Of a stretch of 63,575 nucleotides of DNA, positions 40,156 through 52,752 are shown in pieces. Positions within the stretch are counted from its first letter, which is position 1, and every line of letters starts with the position of its first letter. A program made the translations under genes and the position numbers. Under the pieces are notes generated by a model. That model searched no databases, had not been told where the DNA came from, and saw only the letters and a program-made list of their open reading frames with translations. This stretch comes from Stylophora pistillata (lineage: Eukaryota), in assembly GCF_002571385.2 (NCBI RefSeq), contig NW_019217823.1:1035508-1099082 (forward strand), in the 5' to 3' direction.

Positions 40156-41229
40156 TTAAACTGTATCAGTTTGTATCAACCTAGAGTACAAGACATGAGC
40201 GACACCTGAAACCAGGCTCATATTCACAAGTTCTAATATCACTTGAATGATGCTGTTCAGGTCTTGTCCATCATCACTGCTTCCCATCCAACTCAACAGT
40301 AAAACCTGCATACACTCAGGGAATAGTTCTTTGACAAGAACTGATGATGGAGGAAGATTATCAATTGACGTTATGTGCCTTTTTTTGAACTCGGTTACCC
40401 TTTCACTAATTTCAGGCTGGAGTCTATTAAATTCGTCACCAAGATATTTGCTAACTGCTACAAGTACCCTTGATAATCCAGTTCGTTTAGGGGTTGTTTG
40501 AACTTCATACTCCTTTGAAATTCTTATAATAGTATCAAGAAAATCATTAAAGTCGTCCTGATCTACTTCTTTCGAAATTTTCTCCATTTCTTCGATATGT
40601 CGCCTCCAGTTAGGGGTTGTAAAACATTTGTGCTGTAAAGAACCTGGTGCAAATGAATGAACGTTGTTGCAAACCGATTCTATTGTTTGAGAAGACGGTG
40701 TTCCTGATGGGTCAACTCTTTCATTCGAGACAAACTGTTTAGTTGACATTACGACCTCTGGCTGCGCAGGAATGTCCACTTTTTTGCTGGGAGTATCTTG
40801 AAAACTAAGTTCAATTTCCCTTTGTGTAAAAGGCTTGTCTGTAAATCTTAACTTCCACGAGGCGCAGAGCTTTGTCAGACATTCCAGTTGTTCCTCGCGA
40901 TTGTAATACTCAAAGCATACTCTGAAAACGCCTTGAACTGAGTAAAACCAAACACCTCGAGTCGAACCATGGATACCTTGCAATCGTAGAGAATTAGGGA
41001 AGTTAACTTTAACAGCCAGGCCTTGTTTGGAAAACTTTGCATGCATCCTTGGTAAGTTAGAAACAGCGATAGAACACCCAGACAGCACATCGGCCCCCAG
41101 AAATAGAGGGATGCTGTCTGTTGGCTTTTTCGAAATTGAAATCGTGTCATCTGTCGTAGCCCATTCCAAAAACCGTAATTTTCTTTCACTAATCTGAACC
41201 TCACTCATATGGATAGAATCGTCAGCCAT
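40156..41229 (-). CDS. Intronless uncharacterised 357-aa protein; N-terminus resembles a Bro-N fold
   Basis: Long clean ORF with start context aagATGG, head-to-head with TEKT1, and a downstream AT-rich UTR. The domain call is by eye only. Confidence 0.8.
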   Translation of the reverse strand: MADDSIHMSEVQISERKLRFLEWATTDDTISISKKPTDSIPLFLGADVLSGCSIAVSNLPRMHAKFSKQGLAVKVNFPNSLRLQGIHGSTRGVWFYSVQGVFRVCFEYYNREEQLECLTKLCASWKLRFTDKPFTQREIELSFQDTPSKKVDIPAQPEVVMSTKQFVSNERVDPSGTPSSQTIESVCNNVHSFAPGSLQHKCFTTPNWRRHIEEMEKISKEVDQDDFNDFLDTIIRISKEYEVQTTPKRTGLSRVLVAVSKYLGDEFNRLQPEISERVTEFKKRHITSIDNLPPSSVLVKELFPECMQVLLLSWMGSSDDGQDLNSIIQVILELVNMSLVSGVAHVLYSRLIQTDTV

Positions 41230-41258
41230 CTTAGTTTTAAGATGTATTACCGCTGAAA

Positions 41259-41324
41259 GTTTCTCTTGGCAACAATCGGCTCAAATTTTGTAATGACCCA
41301 CCTGAACAGCTGTTGCTAAGGAAC
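41259..41324. promoter_or_regulatory. Two RFX X-box-like motifs in the TEKT1 bidirectional promoter
   Basis: GTTTCTCTTGGCAAC (41259-41273) and GTTGCTAAGGAAC (41312-41324), upstream of a ciliary gene. Confidence 0.6.
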
Positions 41325-41397
41325 GTCGTCCTCGCAACAAGAAGTGCAAAGCAAGTTTACTCCGTTGAAGACGGACATTCTGTGAAAAGAAAGCAAG

Positions 41398-43708
41398 ATG
41401 GCTAGGTTAGTTCAGCCTCCACCGAAATACACTCCCGAAGAATGGCACGCTTCGAACCATCTTCAGTATTTTAATGCTGAACGGGAACGCGCTGCGGCAG
41501 AAAGTCTTCGAGATGAAAGCTATCGACTCGCTCATGAAACCGAAGTTCGTACGACACAAACTCAAATGGACGTCAACAAGAAACTTGAACAGCGAATCAC
41601 CGATATAGATTTTTGGAAATCAGAATTAGATCAGAAGCAGGAAGAAACGGGAGAAGAAATTTCCACCTTACTTCAGTTCAAAGCCAGAGTAGAGAAAGCT
41701 CTAGCAGATACAGAAGTCCCTCTTATGATCGCTCAACAATGTCTCGTCAACCGAGAAAGACGAATGAAAGTTGATCTTGTCCACGACAATGTGGAAATGC
41801 AACTTCAAAAGGTAATTGTACGATTTTGTTTCTTATTTGATCATTTTCTTAAAATATAAGAGGGATGATTTAACGATTCGATGCGATCAATTTTTTTAGG
41901 AGGTGGAGGTTATCGAAGGAGTACAGGCCCTGTTACAGAGAACTCTGGAACAAGCAACTGAGCAGATAAGGTAAGTCTGCCAGTGGTGATTCTTTACACA
42001 CGTCTAAATAATAGGTTTTTAGTTGTAATTGCCATTCTGCCGTCATGGTAAGATGATTACTTAAATGTCCAAGAAGCAATAGCCTCATCTTGAATTTAAC
42101 CACTTTCTGTCGATTTTCTGTCAGCAGCATTTTAATAATCTTACGAATCTCGAGGCTATCATGTACGAAAATTTATATGTTTTTATTTGCCAAAAATGTC
42201 AGCAAAAATGACGTTATTTTCTTTCTACTTCTATGCAAGACTAAAAGACTTATGGAATTAAATATGGATATCAAAAACCATATCATTCTATATAAAGTAC
42301 TTGCATACGCATTTTAAATTTTTTATTTTTTATTCCCCTCTAAACAATACAGGCTTTTAAGATCAGCCAAATACTACTTGGATAAAGACAGGAAAGACAA
42401 ATTCCAAGCTAATACTATTGACAACAAGTGTGCATCACTAGAAAATACTTCAGCTGGACTGCACTTTGCCAAAGATGCCGTTAAGGTGGAGAAAAAGTAA
42501 GTGAGAGTTGATTTTGTAATAGCTTTCTTTATGTTTTTAAACTCAAAGAAACTATGTCGTCGATCTTAATTCATTTAATTGGACTTTTACAATTTAATTA
42601 ATGGCAAATTACAGGCCAAGTCCCAGAGGAAAATATTTTGAGATTGTAGGGATCAAGAAGAATCTAGATCCCAAAGTGAAACCAGTAAAGTTTTTATACT
42701 GAGTCAACTTAACAGTGATTTGATTTTTCACAGTTTTCGCTGCCAGGAAAAAATTAAGCATTGCTCAGGTGTCTTCACAACCTCATTTCAACCTTCATCT
42801 TTAATCCCAGTCTCTATCACCTAGGATCTAACTCAAAGACTAAACTGTATGTTTTCAAAGCATAATTTAGAGGTATTTAGTTCCTTAACCTTCTTGATAG
42901 CAAGTGACCTTGGCTTCTTGTTTCTAATGTGTGCTTCTGTAATCTTGGTTTCAGCTCTGTGACTCCTGATGAGTGGGAAGATTTTTCCAACAAGAATATT
43001 CTTAAGGCAGAACGAGAGAAAAACTCTTCATGATTGGTTGATTTTAGTTATTGACCCTCTGACTGCCCGAGTCGTGTAATAATAATCTTTATTCTCTCAA
43101 GATAAAAGTACATATCTCAAGTTACAATTATTTTAAAAAGGTAATCTAAGAATCGTTGAACATTAAAAAAGATAATATAAGAATCATTAACTATAACTAG
43201 ACAAATAATAATCTAAATATTATATCTAAAAACTAGCCTATTCACAAACACATTCTTAAACCTTTCCGAATTTATTCCAGAATGATGGCAGATTATTAGT
43301 GGGAGTTAAAAGGTTGACTTAACGTACTTCTTCTTCTTCTTCTTTCCTCAGGTGATGGAAGAAATAGCTGCCATGGAGCAAAACATTGAAATGCTCAAAA
43401 GAGCTATTGCTGAGAAAGAGGCTCCAATGAAGGTTTCTCAGACACGACTGGAAAACAGAACCTTCAGACCCAACGTAGAGCTTTGCCGAGACCGTGTACA
43501 GTATCGGCTGATAGAGGAAGTATTTGAGATCTCTACCAACATTCAGCGACTGCGAGAAAAACTGGCTGATGCTGAAGAGTCCCTCAAAGGACTGATCAGG
43601 AAGCAGCTGTCTTTGGAAGAAGATATTGAAGTCAAAGCAAACAGTCTTTTTATTGACAGAGATCAGTGTATGGAGTTGCGCAAACAGATCAATCATGTGC
43701 CTCATTGA
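41398..43708 (+). CDS. TEKT1: Tektin-1; exons 41398-41811, 41900-41970, 42353-42496, 42955-(truncated at 43030), 43352-43708
   Basis: PPPKYTPEEWH N-terminus, RITDIDFWKSEL, ERRMKVDLVHDNVE and the tektin nonapeptide RPNVELCRD. Exon 4 ends prematurely in this assembly. Confidence 0.9.
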
Positions 43709-45119
43709 AATAGCAATTTTAGGAGATATGCTTCCACAACTCTCAGATATTGATATGTATCAAAATTGTAAATTAGACAAAGTTACTGTTAGTGTTCTAA
43801 AAGGGTTTTTTGCATTTCATGTGAATCTTTTAAAAATGGAACTAAGCAGTACGTTTTTTTAAAAGTGTTCGTTTCTATTATTGATTTTTCCTCTTTTTTC
43901 CCAGCAAACTCAAACTGACATTTTCAAACATTGAATATAAATTTTCACCTTGAAGAATTGTAATTCTTAAGAGTAATTTTTGCCTTACCGTGTCGAGTAC
44001 TGAATAATCTCAAAGACGAATTCTGTTGTAAATACAATTATGTCAGGTTTAACTGCAGTAGCTGTTAGTCAATCAATCACAACCTTTCATTGTATTGTTC
44101 TTCTTGCTTTCAATGAATGTCGATAATACGTGAACTTAAGCTTCCTTCAATTCATTTTCTTTATTTGTACGGTTGTTTATGGGAAAAACTATTGGCTTCC
44201 TGTTATTTCAGTATAGACTCGTCAAAACTCGTCGTGTTTTACTGTGGGATTATATTAGTTTACGTTGGATGATCAGTACTATCACATCGAAGGTGTACAT
44301 AATGGTTGTTACGGCAGCACCTGTAATCGCCTACATGAAGTCAATTGATTTTCCGTGATGTACGAAATTGCGCCCAATTTAGGGGTCGCTAAGTAAAGAA
44401 AGCCAAATATGTTTTAAAAAACCGCAATAATTAGCGGGTTATCATATTTTCTCACTATAGCTTTAGTTTTTATACGATGTTTCGGTGACGTATAGCCAAT
44501 GCAAGCACGGGAATATGGAATTGTGCCTTGTTCGTGGTGACTAGGGAATCAGACGATTTCTTTCCTAGACTGGGTTTGCCTTAGAAACTTAGGTTTGAGG
44601 GACCAGAGTATTTAAGTCTTGATATTGCGCGAGAAATCAGCAAGGAGCTGCAGATCAACGACGATAGGTTTTGATCAGTGGTTTATGAAGAGTTTTGTGA
44701 ACTGCTACGCTTGATATCTGTTGACGTTATAGATACTACAGCAATACAGTGATATCGGACTGGAACGCTATGACTCGGGAAATATATCGCTATTACACAC
44801 TAAATGCTTGGGGAATTATTCTGCAGTGGTGACTAATGTTCTAGATGTCTGTGAATTACATGTAAGGATACCGTTTTATTTTCTTGATGGACCTTGCAAA
44901 CTGTTATAGTTGCTACGTCACCCAGTAACTCTGAGGAGTTTTTTTAAAGGTAACTGCTTTGTGTGCTGTTATATAAACAATGTTGAACTATGTACTCAAA
45001 GACAAATGAACAGCTTTACCTTACAAAATTCGATGACTGTTTCGACTTGAGGGCAAGAACAAATACTCTAATTAAATTACAAATCAGTATATTTAAACCA
45101 ATTTACTCAAAAGTGATCC

Positions 45120-45255
45120 GTGGTAGACACCGTGACCATTTTTCTGAAAAAGCTCGGACCAGAGCATGTAGATGTGGCCCGTGTGCGGAACAACAGATCA
45201 TTTGCAAATGAAGGAAGAGAGAATTGAGCGACAGTCTAGTCGGTCTACCATCACA
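45120..45255 (+). pseudogene. Degenerate remnant of the TPR gene 3' end
   Basis: tgaccatttttctgaaaaagctcggaccagagcatgtagatgtggc matches the 126-bp TPR unit, followed by a decayed capping segment (gtctaccat). Confidence 0.65.
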
Positions 45256-47479
45256 GAGGTTTACATTCTCACTGAAGAATTTAAGAAAGTGTAAGAATGA
45301 AGAAAGTGTATCATTAAGATGAAAAGATTGCGGATTTTCAAAAATAACCCCAAATCGAAGGACATACTTTTCTTAAGCGAACACAAGCGTTATGGGCATC
45401 GTTTCATCCATGACTTTTCACCTCTTCGCTTTCGTCTAGCGCTCAGGCTAGTTGTCGCGCGAAGATTGCTTGACATTGTTACGCCCTAGAACTTTGCGTG
45501 TCTATAGGAAATCGCGTGAATCGTTATATTCTTTTTTATGTCACTCATACTTGGATCACGCATACTTCGTTTGAAATTCAAAACAAGCTTTTGTAAGCTT
45601 TTATTGTAGTGCCTTCTGATAAGTTTAACAAGAAATGGTTCAACGCACATTGAGAATAGGCTTTCATATTGTGGTTATGTGTTAGAAATAGATATACGTC
45701 ATGTGACTTGCGCCTGTTTCGCTTTCAATTTCCAACTCTGGATGATTGGAGACAGGAACTTCTATTCTTCTTTAAAGTGATACTATTACAACTTTGCTGT
45801 CTGTTTCTCGAATATTTCGACGCAGTAAGTACAATGCATATCGTTTCTTCACATTATATTACTGGAATCACATTTTAGAGTTGTTTGCACACTTTTGCAA
45901 ACTTTTCGGTATCGATGAAGTTGCGATCAAAGTAGGTCACCTATCGTTGTCTGTTCCTCGATGATCAAAGTTCTATAATATACTCTATGTTACTAAGAGT
46001 TTGACAGAAATAGCTTTAAGTGAACTCCTTCAAGATTCCATCGATCAGCGTTGCCCTAAGATTTTTTATTTTGAATAAAAGTACTTCTGCAGCTGTCATT
46101 GTTGCTGGTATTAAATTTAGTTTTATCTACCTTCAGTCGAGCAGAGGTGTTAAGTATAACAGGAGCATTGTGAACCATTCTGTATTGCAGTTCCCTCCAG
46201 ATTCGCCTTTCCTACTTATTTCACTCAGAGCGTAAGACCACATCAGCAAAGATTTAGCCATGAGCCGAGGCGAGGCAGAGAGAAATTCAAACGGGTTTTC
46301 TCCACGCAGCTGTTTTCATTGTTCTTTAGTCATGGTTCTATATACAGCGAACAGTTGACGCCTAAATTCAGTCACGTTTGGTTAACGGATAACATTCCTG
46401 TTTACGAAATACTCGAAAAAGGGAGATTCAAAGATAGATGAGGGAAACCTACAATCCTGATTTGAAAATTTAAAAAGAGGTTTTGAGTCATAAGTTTACT
46501 AAATTGTACAACATTCAACCGATTGGAACATTCTCGAACACGAAATCCATTGTAGGGTGGATTCTATTATGTAAATTTGATTAAGTTGTTTATTTCTTTA
46601 CCAACGATTTCCGGTTGCGTCTATCTTTTTGCTTATTGTTCCCGTTACGTCTTTATCCTCCTCATAGCGACGTAAAACCCTTCATAATACATTACAAAAT
46701 AATAATATCAACAATATACTCTTCCTGAGACTTTTTAAAGCTTTTATTCCGACTCCTTTCCAGTGCGCGTCTTAAGACTTCAGGCTCACTATGTTCTTTA
46801 TCCACTCACCTTCTGATACCAAACGATGTTTTCTTGCAAAGTGTTTATCTCAAGAATTCAACCATGTCCGTGCATTTCCGCATGTTGAACCCGGGTCGTA
46901 AATTATCAGTTGTGTGCGCTAACACTTCTTGCGCTTGTCGCAAAACTAGATCATAACAATATGCTTTTAAGACTAGATACTCTCTTTCGTGAAATTCAAA
47001 GCATTTAAAAACATTTTAAGCACGATTTCGAAGGTTTTTAACTGTCTTCAATTAAATCAGAATAGCGTACTTGCGCTTTGTCAACCCAACACCGCCAAAG
47101 TCATTGCGCAGCTACTGAGTGCCTGTTCACCGTTTGGTGCAAGCCACATTTCTCCGGTGTTAGTGCCGGGTTGGCCGTTACGATTCACAAGCATTTTTCC
47201 AGCATAATTTGGTTTGACGAACAATCTTTTTTTCTTCCTTTTCAAAAAGAAATCCAGAGATAATTCAGCGGTGTCCACCAATTTTTTCTAAATTAGTCTG
47301 CTGAAGCATAACTTTGCTTGTTTTTGGTATTTTAACACTTTGAAAGACCATTAAGAAACAATTCTACAAGCTCTCAATTCTACCAGTTCTCCACATATAT
47401 GCTGTTTTAACGTTGTGACTTGGAAAAACGCGTAGCCGGTCAGCGAAAGATGAAGGTCGCGAAACAGAAAATAGGTCAG

Positions 47480-47590
47480 CTCTTAAGAGCGCTGGTAAAT
47501 CATTCTAAAATAAAAGTTCCTTTGGTGCAACCATCTTCGGCTGCAGCAGAGAGAGTATTCTCGATACCTAAAAGCTTGTTTTACAACCCC
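47480..47590 (+). mobile_element. hAT transposase C-terminal dimerisation-motif remnant (also at ~57430-57530)
   Basis: Translates to LVQPSSAAAERVFS. Confidence 0.55.
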
Positions 47591-48331
47591 TTGGCTAAGG
47601 GGCGTGAGATGTACTTGAGGGTGCCCCTCTCAGCAACGCACTCTCTTTCTACTGAACCACTGCTGGTATTTAATTCAATTGGACATCTAACATAAAGACG
47701 CTGTTCCTTATTCTTCATAAAATGTTTTAAGGGTTCCTCTATGAAAACAAAATAAAACAAAAACTTGTAGTGCAATTGGTTAGACTGTTCATCTACGGGC
47801 TTCAAAAATATAGGGCTAAATTACAGAGTCTAGAACAAACCAATGGAAGAGGGATTGGATCAGATTCTTTGAAAGTATTCTGTTAACAATACCCCAACGC
47901 CGGCATGTAATACATTGTTGGCTGTAGTTATCAACTCGCTGTACTGTAATCAGCTAGAGGTGCATCTCTACTAGTGTTGGTGAAGCACTTTTCAGAATAT
48001 CAGTGACTTTCAAAGTAATTCAGAAAAGTTCATTTTGCTCCTTGGGTGTCATGAATTCCGTGTTTCTATGCTCCAGCATCCCTTTAAGTTACCGTAAGCG
48101 CAGACGCAATCACTAGTCATAGGTTTCATCAAGGCCTTCAAAGAAAATTAACTGAAATCGCACGCTATTAATTATTTGATCAGTGCATTTTTGCAGTATC
48201 AATTTTGATATAGGATGTGCCCTCGACACAAAGGCAGATTAGCCATCTCTGTTAAAAACTAAAAATAGAAACTCTTTTTTTCTTTTTCGCAAGGGACAGT
48301 CATGAAACTTTAACTATAGCTTAAGCCAAAT

Positions 48332-50596
48332 ATGGCTTCATCGGTGGAATACAGCGAGGAGCAACTAAACTACTACAGGATCTGTTACGTTACCACTGAC
48401 ATCCTGACCGAAGGTGTGCGAGAAATCTTCAAACAAGAATGGGACAATCGCTACAAAGCTACTTTAATAGGAGAGTGGAAAGATACACCGAAAAACGGAC
48501 TGGACTTTAAGAACGGCGAGTCGCCACGGAACCAAAAGAAGCATGCTCGTCTACTAACAACCATGACTAAAGGCAACAGAGCTGAGTGGGATTGTACCAT
48601 GTTGTTTTACGCCATTCTTTACTCCGATTGCATTAATAGTCTCAATCCAGTGGTCAAGACAAATGTGCATAACCTCAGGCTGTTTCGGAACGAAGAGTTC
48701 GCTCATATCGCACGAGGTCACCTCTCTGACGTAGAGTTTCAAAATGCCATTAGTAGAGTGGAGAATGCATTTAACGGTCTCGGTCTTTCCACTGTGAAAA
48801 TTCATGACGTTAAGACCCAAAAATATTTTCCAACAGAGCAGCTGAGACGTGTTTTGAAGGAAGTGGACGACCTTAAACAGGAAGTTCAGGAGAAAGACAA
48901 GAATCTACAAGAGAGAGGAAAGGAGCTTCGTGAAAAAGAAGAACAAAGACAGACTCTTGAAGAACAGTTAAACAGCGATACTCCTTCATTTTGCATTCTT
49001 CCTCCTAAGCCCTCTCATCATGTCGCAGATCGAGATTCTGATGTGTCTGAGATTATACAAAAGCTGAAAGAGTTAAAAAGGTGCACAGGATTAAGTTACC
49101 TGTATATATCGGGTAATCCTGGAAGTGGTAAATCTGTCTNTGTGCACCGTGCCCTTGGAGACCTGCAGCAGGCAAAAGAATGTCATGATCGTGCACTGAC
49201 CATTCGTCTGAAAAAGCTCGGACCTGAACATGTCGATGTGGCAAGTACTTACAATAATCTGGGTAGTTTGCACCGTGCCCTTGGAGACCTGCAGCAGGCA
49301 AAAGAATGTCATGATCGTGCACTGACCATTCGTCTGAAAAAGCTCGGACCTGAACATGTCGATGTGGCAAGTACTTACAATAATCTGGGTAGTTTGCACC
49401 GTGCCCTTGGAGACCTGCAGCAGGCAAAAGAATGTCATGATCGTGCACTGACCATTCGTCTGAAAAAGCTCGGACCTGAACATGTCGATGTGGCAAGTAC
49501 TTACAATAATCTGGGTAGTTTGCACCGTGCCCTTGGAGACCTGCAGCAGGCAAAAGAATGTCATGATCGTGCACTGACCATTCGTCTGAAAAAGCTCGGA
49601 CCTGAACATGTCGATGTGGCAAATACTTACAATAATCTGGGTAGTTTGCACCGTGCCCTTGGAGACCTGCAGCAGGCAAAAGAATGTCATGATCGTGCAC
49701 TGACCATTCGTCTGAAAAAGCTCGGACCTGAACATGTCGATGTGGCAAGTACTTACAATAATCTGGGTAGTTTGCACCGTGCCCTTGGAGACCTGCAGCA
49801 GGCAAAAGAATGTCATGATCGTGCACTGACCATTCGTCTGAAAAAGCTCGGACCTGAACATGTCGATGTGGCAAATACTTACAATAATCTGGGTAGTTTG
49901 CACCGTGCCCTTGGAGACCTGCAGCAGGCAAAAGAATGTCATGATCGTGCACTGACCATTCATCTGAAAAAGCTCGGACCTGAACATGTCGATGTGGCAA
50001 TTACTTACAATAGTCTGGGTTGTTTGCACCGTGCCCTTGGAGACCTGCAGCAGGCAAAAGAATATCATGATCGTGCACTGACCATTCATCTGAAAAAGCT
50101 CGGACCTGAACATGTCCATGTGGCAATTACTTACAGTAATCTGGGTACTGTGCACCATGAGATTGGAGACCTGCAGCAGGCAAAAGAATGTCATGATCGT
50201 GCACTGACCATTCGTCTCAAAAAGCTCGGACCTGAACATGTCGATGTGGCAAGAACTTACAGTAATCTGGGTAGTTTGCTCAGTGCCCTTGGAGACCTGC
50301 AGCAGGCAAAAGAATGTCATGATCGTGCACTGACCATTCGTCTGAAAAAGCTCGGACCTGAACATGTCGATGTGGCAGTTACTTACAATAATCTGGGTAC
50401 TGTGCATTATGATCTTGCTGACCTGCGGCAAGCAGAAGAAGTTTTTGATCGTGCACTGTCGAGTTGTTTGAAAAAGCTTGGACCTGAACATAATGTTGTG
50501 GTAACTGTGCGTAATAACTTAGAGATGGTACAACGGACAAGAGAGAATGTAGGAAAGTCTACCATATCTCACAGTGTCCGCTCTATGATATCTTAA
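48332..50596 (+). CDS. NLR-like protein copy A: DZIP3-type HEPN, coiled coil, STAND start (gap at 49140), at least 10 TPR repeats
   Basis: WDCTML and [11 protein letters not shown] (HEPN R..H motif), heptad region, Walker A GNPGSGKS, then a single N joining directly to 42-aa TPR repeats. The rest of the NTPase is presumably lost in the gap. Confidence 0.85.
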   Translation: MASSVEYSEEQLNYYRICYVTTDILTEGVREIFKQEWDNRYKATLIGEWKDTPKNGLDFKNGESPRNQKKHARLLTTMTKGNRAEWDCTMLFYAILYSDCINSLNPVVKTNVHNLRLFRNEEFAHIARGHLSDVEFQNAISRVENAFNGLGLSTVKIHDVKTQKYFPTEQLRRVLKEVDDLKQEVQEKDKNLQERGKELREKEEQRQTLEEQLNSDTPSFCILPPKPSHHVADRDSDVSEIIQKLKELKRCTGLSYLYISGNPGSGKSVXVHRALGDLQQAKECHDRALTIRLKKLGPEHVDVASTYNNLGSLHRALGDLQQAKECHDRALTIRLKKLGPEHVDVASTYNNLGSLHRALGDLQQAKECHDRALTIRLKKLGPEHVDVASTYNNLGSLHRALGDLQQAKECHDRALTIRLKKLGPEHVDVANTYNNLGSLHRALGDLQQAKECHDRALTIRLKKLGPEHVDVASTYNNLGSLHRALGDLQQAKECHDRALTIRLKKLGPEHVDVANTYNNLGSLHRALGDLQQAKECHDRALTIHLKKLGPEHVDVAITYNSLGCLHRALGDLQQAKEYHDRALTIHLKKLGPEHVHVAITYSNLGTVHHEIGDLQQAKECHDRALTIRLKKLGPEHVDVARTYSNLGSLLSALGDLQQAKECHDRALTIRLKKLGPEHVDVAVTYNNLGTVHYDLADLRQAEEVFDRALSSCLKKLGPEHNVVVTVRNNLEMVQRTRENVGKSTISHSVRSMIS
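49141..50520 (+). repeat. 126-bp coding tandem repeat (42-aa kinesin-light-chain/NPHP3-type TPR), 10 full units plus partials
   Basis: Unit starts at 49238, 49364, 49490, 49616, 49742, 49868, 49994, 50120, 50246 and 50372. Confidence 0.97.
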
Positions 50597-50992
50597 GTAG
50601 ACTTTAACTTTTGTATTTAACTAGAAAAGTGGCGGACATGATACTTGGATGACTTGATATCAATGTTTTGCCAGATAACGAAATGTGCTGAAAAATTAGA
50701 TTTCTATGGTAGAAGGAGAATACCATGAATTCAAAATCTAAAAGAAAAGAAAGTTTTCAACTGTTTTACCGAATCCGTTTTGTCAGTTTTCTTAATACAA
50801 TTTTAAATCCAAAAGTCACCTTAATATGAATTTCAATGACCGAAAATAGAAATAGAAATAGTCCTTTACACCCCAACATCAATATCCTTACTCTCCATAA
50901 ACTGGTTCATTAGTCAAAGCTTCTAAGGTTGTTGATCATTTCCTTTATTCTCGTCATCTTAATGAATGATTCAGCAGTATCAGTGTGAGGCN

Positions 50993-51480
50993 AAAGCTTG
51001 GACCTGAACATAATGATGTGGTAGCCGTACGTAGTAACTTAGAGATGGTACAAGGGAAAAGAGAGAATGTCTGCTGTATGATATCTTAAGTAGACTTTTA
51101 CTTTTGTATTTAACTAGAAAAGTGGCGGACATGATATTTGGATGACTTGATATCAATGTTTTGCCAGAAAACGAAATTTGCTGAAAAGTTAGATTTCTTT
51201 GGTACAGGGAGAATTCCATGAATTCAAAAGCTAGAAGCAATAAAGTTTTTCAACTCTTTTACCCAATCCGTTCCGTCAGCAATTTTAAATACAAAAGTCA
51301 GCTGAATATGAATTTCAATGACCGAAAATAGAAATAGAAATAGTCCTTTTACACCCCAACATCAATATCCTTATTCTCCATTCACTGAAAAGGAGATCTT
51401 GTTTATTAATCAAAGCTGCTAAGGTTGCTGATCATTTCCTTTATTCTCGTCATCTTAATGAATGATTCAGCGGTATCCAT
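50993..51480 (+). pseudogene. 3' end and 3' flank of a further TPR-gene paralog or haplotype, after an N
   Basis: Repeats the capping segment (ggacctgaacataatgatgtggtagcc...) with a short deletion and its own substitutions, then the same 3' flank. Confidence 0.65.
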
Positions 51481-52439
51481 GTGAAGAGAAATTAGATGCT
51501 GGTCATTGAAACTAAGGCAGAAGTAGTTCTTTCCAATATTCCACCTGCTGTTGATTTTTTACCACAATTGGCGGTAATGTCGTAATCTGATTGGCCAATT
51601 TGTCGTTGTCGACAAGAGTACAGACAGCGCTGCTCGCGTCAACGTGTCACGCACGGAAAGAATCGTTTCTACTTATCTTACGTAAGTTATGAGTACAGAC
51701 CACGCTAAACCACCGTCGATTTGTTAATTTACTTGATTAGTCATAGGCTCGACTGCGAATAGCAGGACGTAGGACTTTATCGACTACGCATCGATGTCAT
51801 TTAGTTGAAGTCGAAAACTTGTCATTAATCTCTCCCGCCACACCCCTGTTGTCTGCTTCATTGCTAATCTCAGTTTACTCAGGTGGGTTTGGTCGTCCGG
51901 ATTGCAGGAAACATTTATTATCTCAGTGAAAATTCATGTCGATTGTGAATATCTAATTACTCACCATGTAGCGTTTGAAAGTTTTCATACTTCCGGTATT
52001 TAAAAAATATGGCATTAACATTCGCGGTCTTTTTCTCCTGACTAAAACTAATCAAGTGTGCTTACAGAAAACTTATGATGCTTGGAGGATAGTTTAGAGA
52101 AACCGGTTTTATTATAATTTTGTTAAATGAGGCGGTAGGAAGTAAATATTGAAAGTGTAAGAATTGTCTCTAGGAAGCCTTGGAGAAGACTGCGTTATGC
52201 GAATGCGTTACAACTAAAAAATCATTTAACTTAATATGCGCAGTCGGCTAATTAAAACAATTTGGCAGTTTCTGGTTGTTTCTTTTAATGATCTTTAGGT
52301 TTTAGTGTGTTATTTTGCGACATATATACTCTATTCCGTTCATATGTCTTGTGCCTTTTTTCTAGTTTGCATAATCTTACGCAAGAAGCTTTCTTTGACC
52401 GCTAAATTCAGATGCTGAACGAGTAAGACCGAAGATTCC

Positions 52440-52752
52440 TTACCCAGCAATCACACCGGACTCTAATTTACGGGGTATATTGCTTCCACCATATCCTCCT
52501 GCATGTCGTAGATTAGGCCAAGTTAACCGTGTACCTGCACTCAAACTTGGCCCGTCCGTGACGGAGTTCAGGCGCCTACTCAGGCGAAAGCTTCTTAATG
52601 ACTGTTTTATTTAATTTTGATTCAACCTTTGTCTTCTTTTAATGTCATCATTTTCATATGTTTAGTTTTCTGCGTGTTTAATGTAATGTAACGTTGACTC
52701 TGAAAAGCCACGCGGGGGACAAGCTAATAAAGTGTAAATGTATGTATGTATC
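52440..52752 (+). mobile_element. LINE 3' tail remnant (duplicated at ~62480-62790)
   Basis: AT-rich 3' UTR, AATAAA and a (TGTA)n tail. Confidence 0.5.

Noticed and set aside
49100-49180. Apparent natural HEPN-Walker A-TPR fusion lacking the NTPase
   Set aside because: The junction is a single N (contig join), so the 754-aa ORF is probably artificial.
49053-50491. Long antisense ORFs (315 and 466 aa; also 60411-61016) over the TPR arrays
   Set aside because: They result from a 126-bp unit lacking stops in those frames; no independent coding evidence.
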